Virus record (IMG/VR): IMGVR_UViG_3300049489_001303 | Span: 96,001-160,000 of that record | Direction: 5' to 3' (one strand) | Source of the DNA: a virus | DNA: 64,000 nucleotides | Part shown: one piece after another, positions 63,048 through 64,000 of the stretch | Layout of the letters: the number at the start of each line of letters is the position of its first letter | Numbering within the stretch: the first letter of the stretch is position 1 | Position numbers and translations under genes: made by a program | The notes under the pieces: generated by a model | Databases searched by the model: none | The model's input: only the letters and a program-made list of their open reading frames with translations | What the model was told of the DNA's origin: nothing

Positions 63048-63426
63048 AGCTGCGGGGAACCTGCAAGTTTCTGCTGCACTACCTGGCCGGCAACTATACT
63101 GGGTGCTATTCTGTCCTGGCATCGGCCATATGTTCTTTAAGCAGGTGATTGAAGCCGAGCTCCGCCATTTGTTGTTGGGTACTGGCGGGGAATACTTCGA
63201 ACAGTTCACAGCCACAAAAGATCTCAACCTGAGGATACGCCTATCAGTAGAGGCAACCGAAAAGCTACTGTGGGACACGCCCTTCGGCGAGTTAGTCCTC
63301 AACCTTGGCAAAGAAGGGTTTGAAGCCCTTGGTAGAATTGACAAACATTCGCTGCAGGAAAATCTTGCAGCTATACGAGGAGAAAAAGATGAAAACGTCG
63401 AAAATCAACGAAAACTCACAATTTGA
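63010..63426 (+). CDS. Hypothetical protein, paralog of 62676-63047
   Basis: LQVSAALPGRQLYWVL vs IQLSAATQEGRLVWLL. Confidence 0.7.
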   Translation: MFLAELIRYIQSKAAGNLQVSAALPGRQLYWVLFCPGIGHMFFKQVIEAELRHLLLGTGGEYFEQFTATKDLNLRIRLSVEATEKLLWDTPFGELVLNLGKEGFEALGRIDKHSLQENLAAIRGEKDENVENQRKLTI

Positions 63427-63703
63427 CAAAGAACTCGAAATGGCCGTGCAGAAGGTGCTCGATAACCCGGCGAGCGTCTTTGAGACCAGCCACGAACTGA
63501 AGAGCATGGGCTTCCACGCCGCGGCGTCCGCCCTCAAGAAGGTGGGATATTCCCACACCAAAGCTTCCGGTCTCATCGACTACAAGTCGGCTCCCCCGGC
63601 TGGGGCTGTGGTAGTGGGTAAAGGGCCGATGCGGCTCTGGTTCCACCCCACATCGCTGTTTGAGAAAGATGTTCGGGCTGTGGCTGAGCGTCTGATCGGT
63701 TGA
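63389..63703 (+). CDS. Hypothetical protein
   Basis: GAGGAG RBS before ATG 63389. Confidence 0.68.
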   Translation: MKTSKINENSQFDKELEMAVQKVLDNPASVFETSHELKSMGFHAAASALKKVGYSHTKASGLIDYKSAPPAGAVVVGKGPMRLWFHPTSLFEKDVRAVAERLIG

Positions 63704-63709
63704 ACCTAC

Positions 63710-63744
63710 AGAGACTGCCTTCATTATGAGGGCAGTTTCTTTTT
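63710..63744 (+). terminator. Rho-independent terminator
   Basis: AGAGACTGCCTTCA / TGAGGGCAGTTTCT stem followed by Ts, just after the stop at 63703. Confidence 0.75.
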
Positions 63745-63786
63745 GCCTCCGGCCTATAATTGCTTCGTGAAACGGAGGCTTCATCA

Positions 63787-64000
63787 ATGACACCATTAAT
63801 TGAATTCATGCATCTGCTGACTCTCTATAAACGCCAGTACAAGCTCCAGGTCTACGCCAAGGACAAGAAGTGGGTGAAGTTCTGGAAAATAGCCGATCGG
63901 GCCTACAGAACTATCAGCTTTGGGAGGGGTGGGAGCCTGTTGAAAGACTACACCACCACCATTGGCCCCTGGATCTTTTTCCCCGCAGGGTGGAAGAGTC
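63787..64000 (+). CDS. Hypothetical protein, 3'-truncated by the window edge
   Basis: TATAAT at 63755, GGAGG RBS and an open frame MTPLIEFMHL...YTTTIGPWIFFPAGWKS. Confidence 0.7.
   Translation, partial: MTPLIEFMHLLTLYKRQYKLQVYAKDKKWVKFWKIADRAYRTISFGRGGSLLKDYTTTIGPWIFFPAGWKS

Overview
The window looks like part of a large (jumbo-type) contractile-tailed phage genome; this is inferred from gene content, and the host cannot be read from the sequence. Positions 1-2208 (+) hold a 5'-truncated retron-like reverse transcriptase (YSDD). It has an unusual Cys/His insertion and is translationally coupled to a 455-aa Cys-rich protein of unknown function. Positions 2212-51647 (almost all -) are a tail/baseplate/fibre region. 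It includes a tail assembly chaperone with a -1 frameshift site, a tape measure protein, an M15-peptidase-bearing hub, gp25-, J/gp6- and wedge-like proteins, and a phage sigma factor. It also includes three Gly-X-Thr collagen-like fibre proteins, other giant fibres and two glycosyltransferases (GT2-TPR, GT25), with a RuvC-like resolvase inserted on the + strand. Positions 51753-64000 (mostly +) carry small accessory genes, an SLT endolysin, a holin-like gene and a dNMP kinase. They also carry a candidate structured ncRNA/attenuator, a translationally coupled array of seven Gly-rich mini-proteins followed by DUF6745-like and M50-like genes, and several K-x-A leader proteins behind a shared -10-only promoter motif. 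The best candidates for an undescribed system are the RT plus partner module (its upstream RNA or array lies outside the window), the collagen-fibre glycosylation module and the Gly-rich mini-gene array. No tRNA, rRNA, CRISPR array or IS element was recognised. All family calls are by eye from motifs, without database searches.
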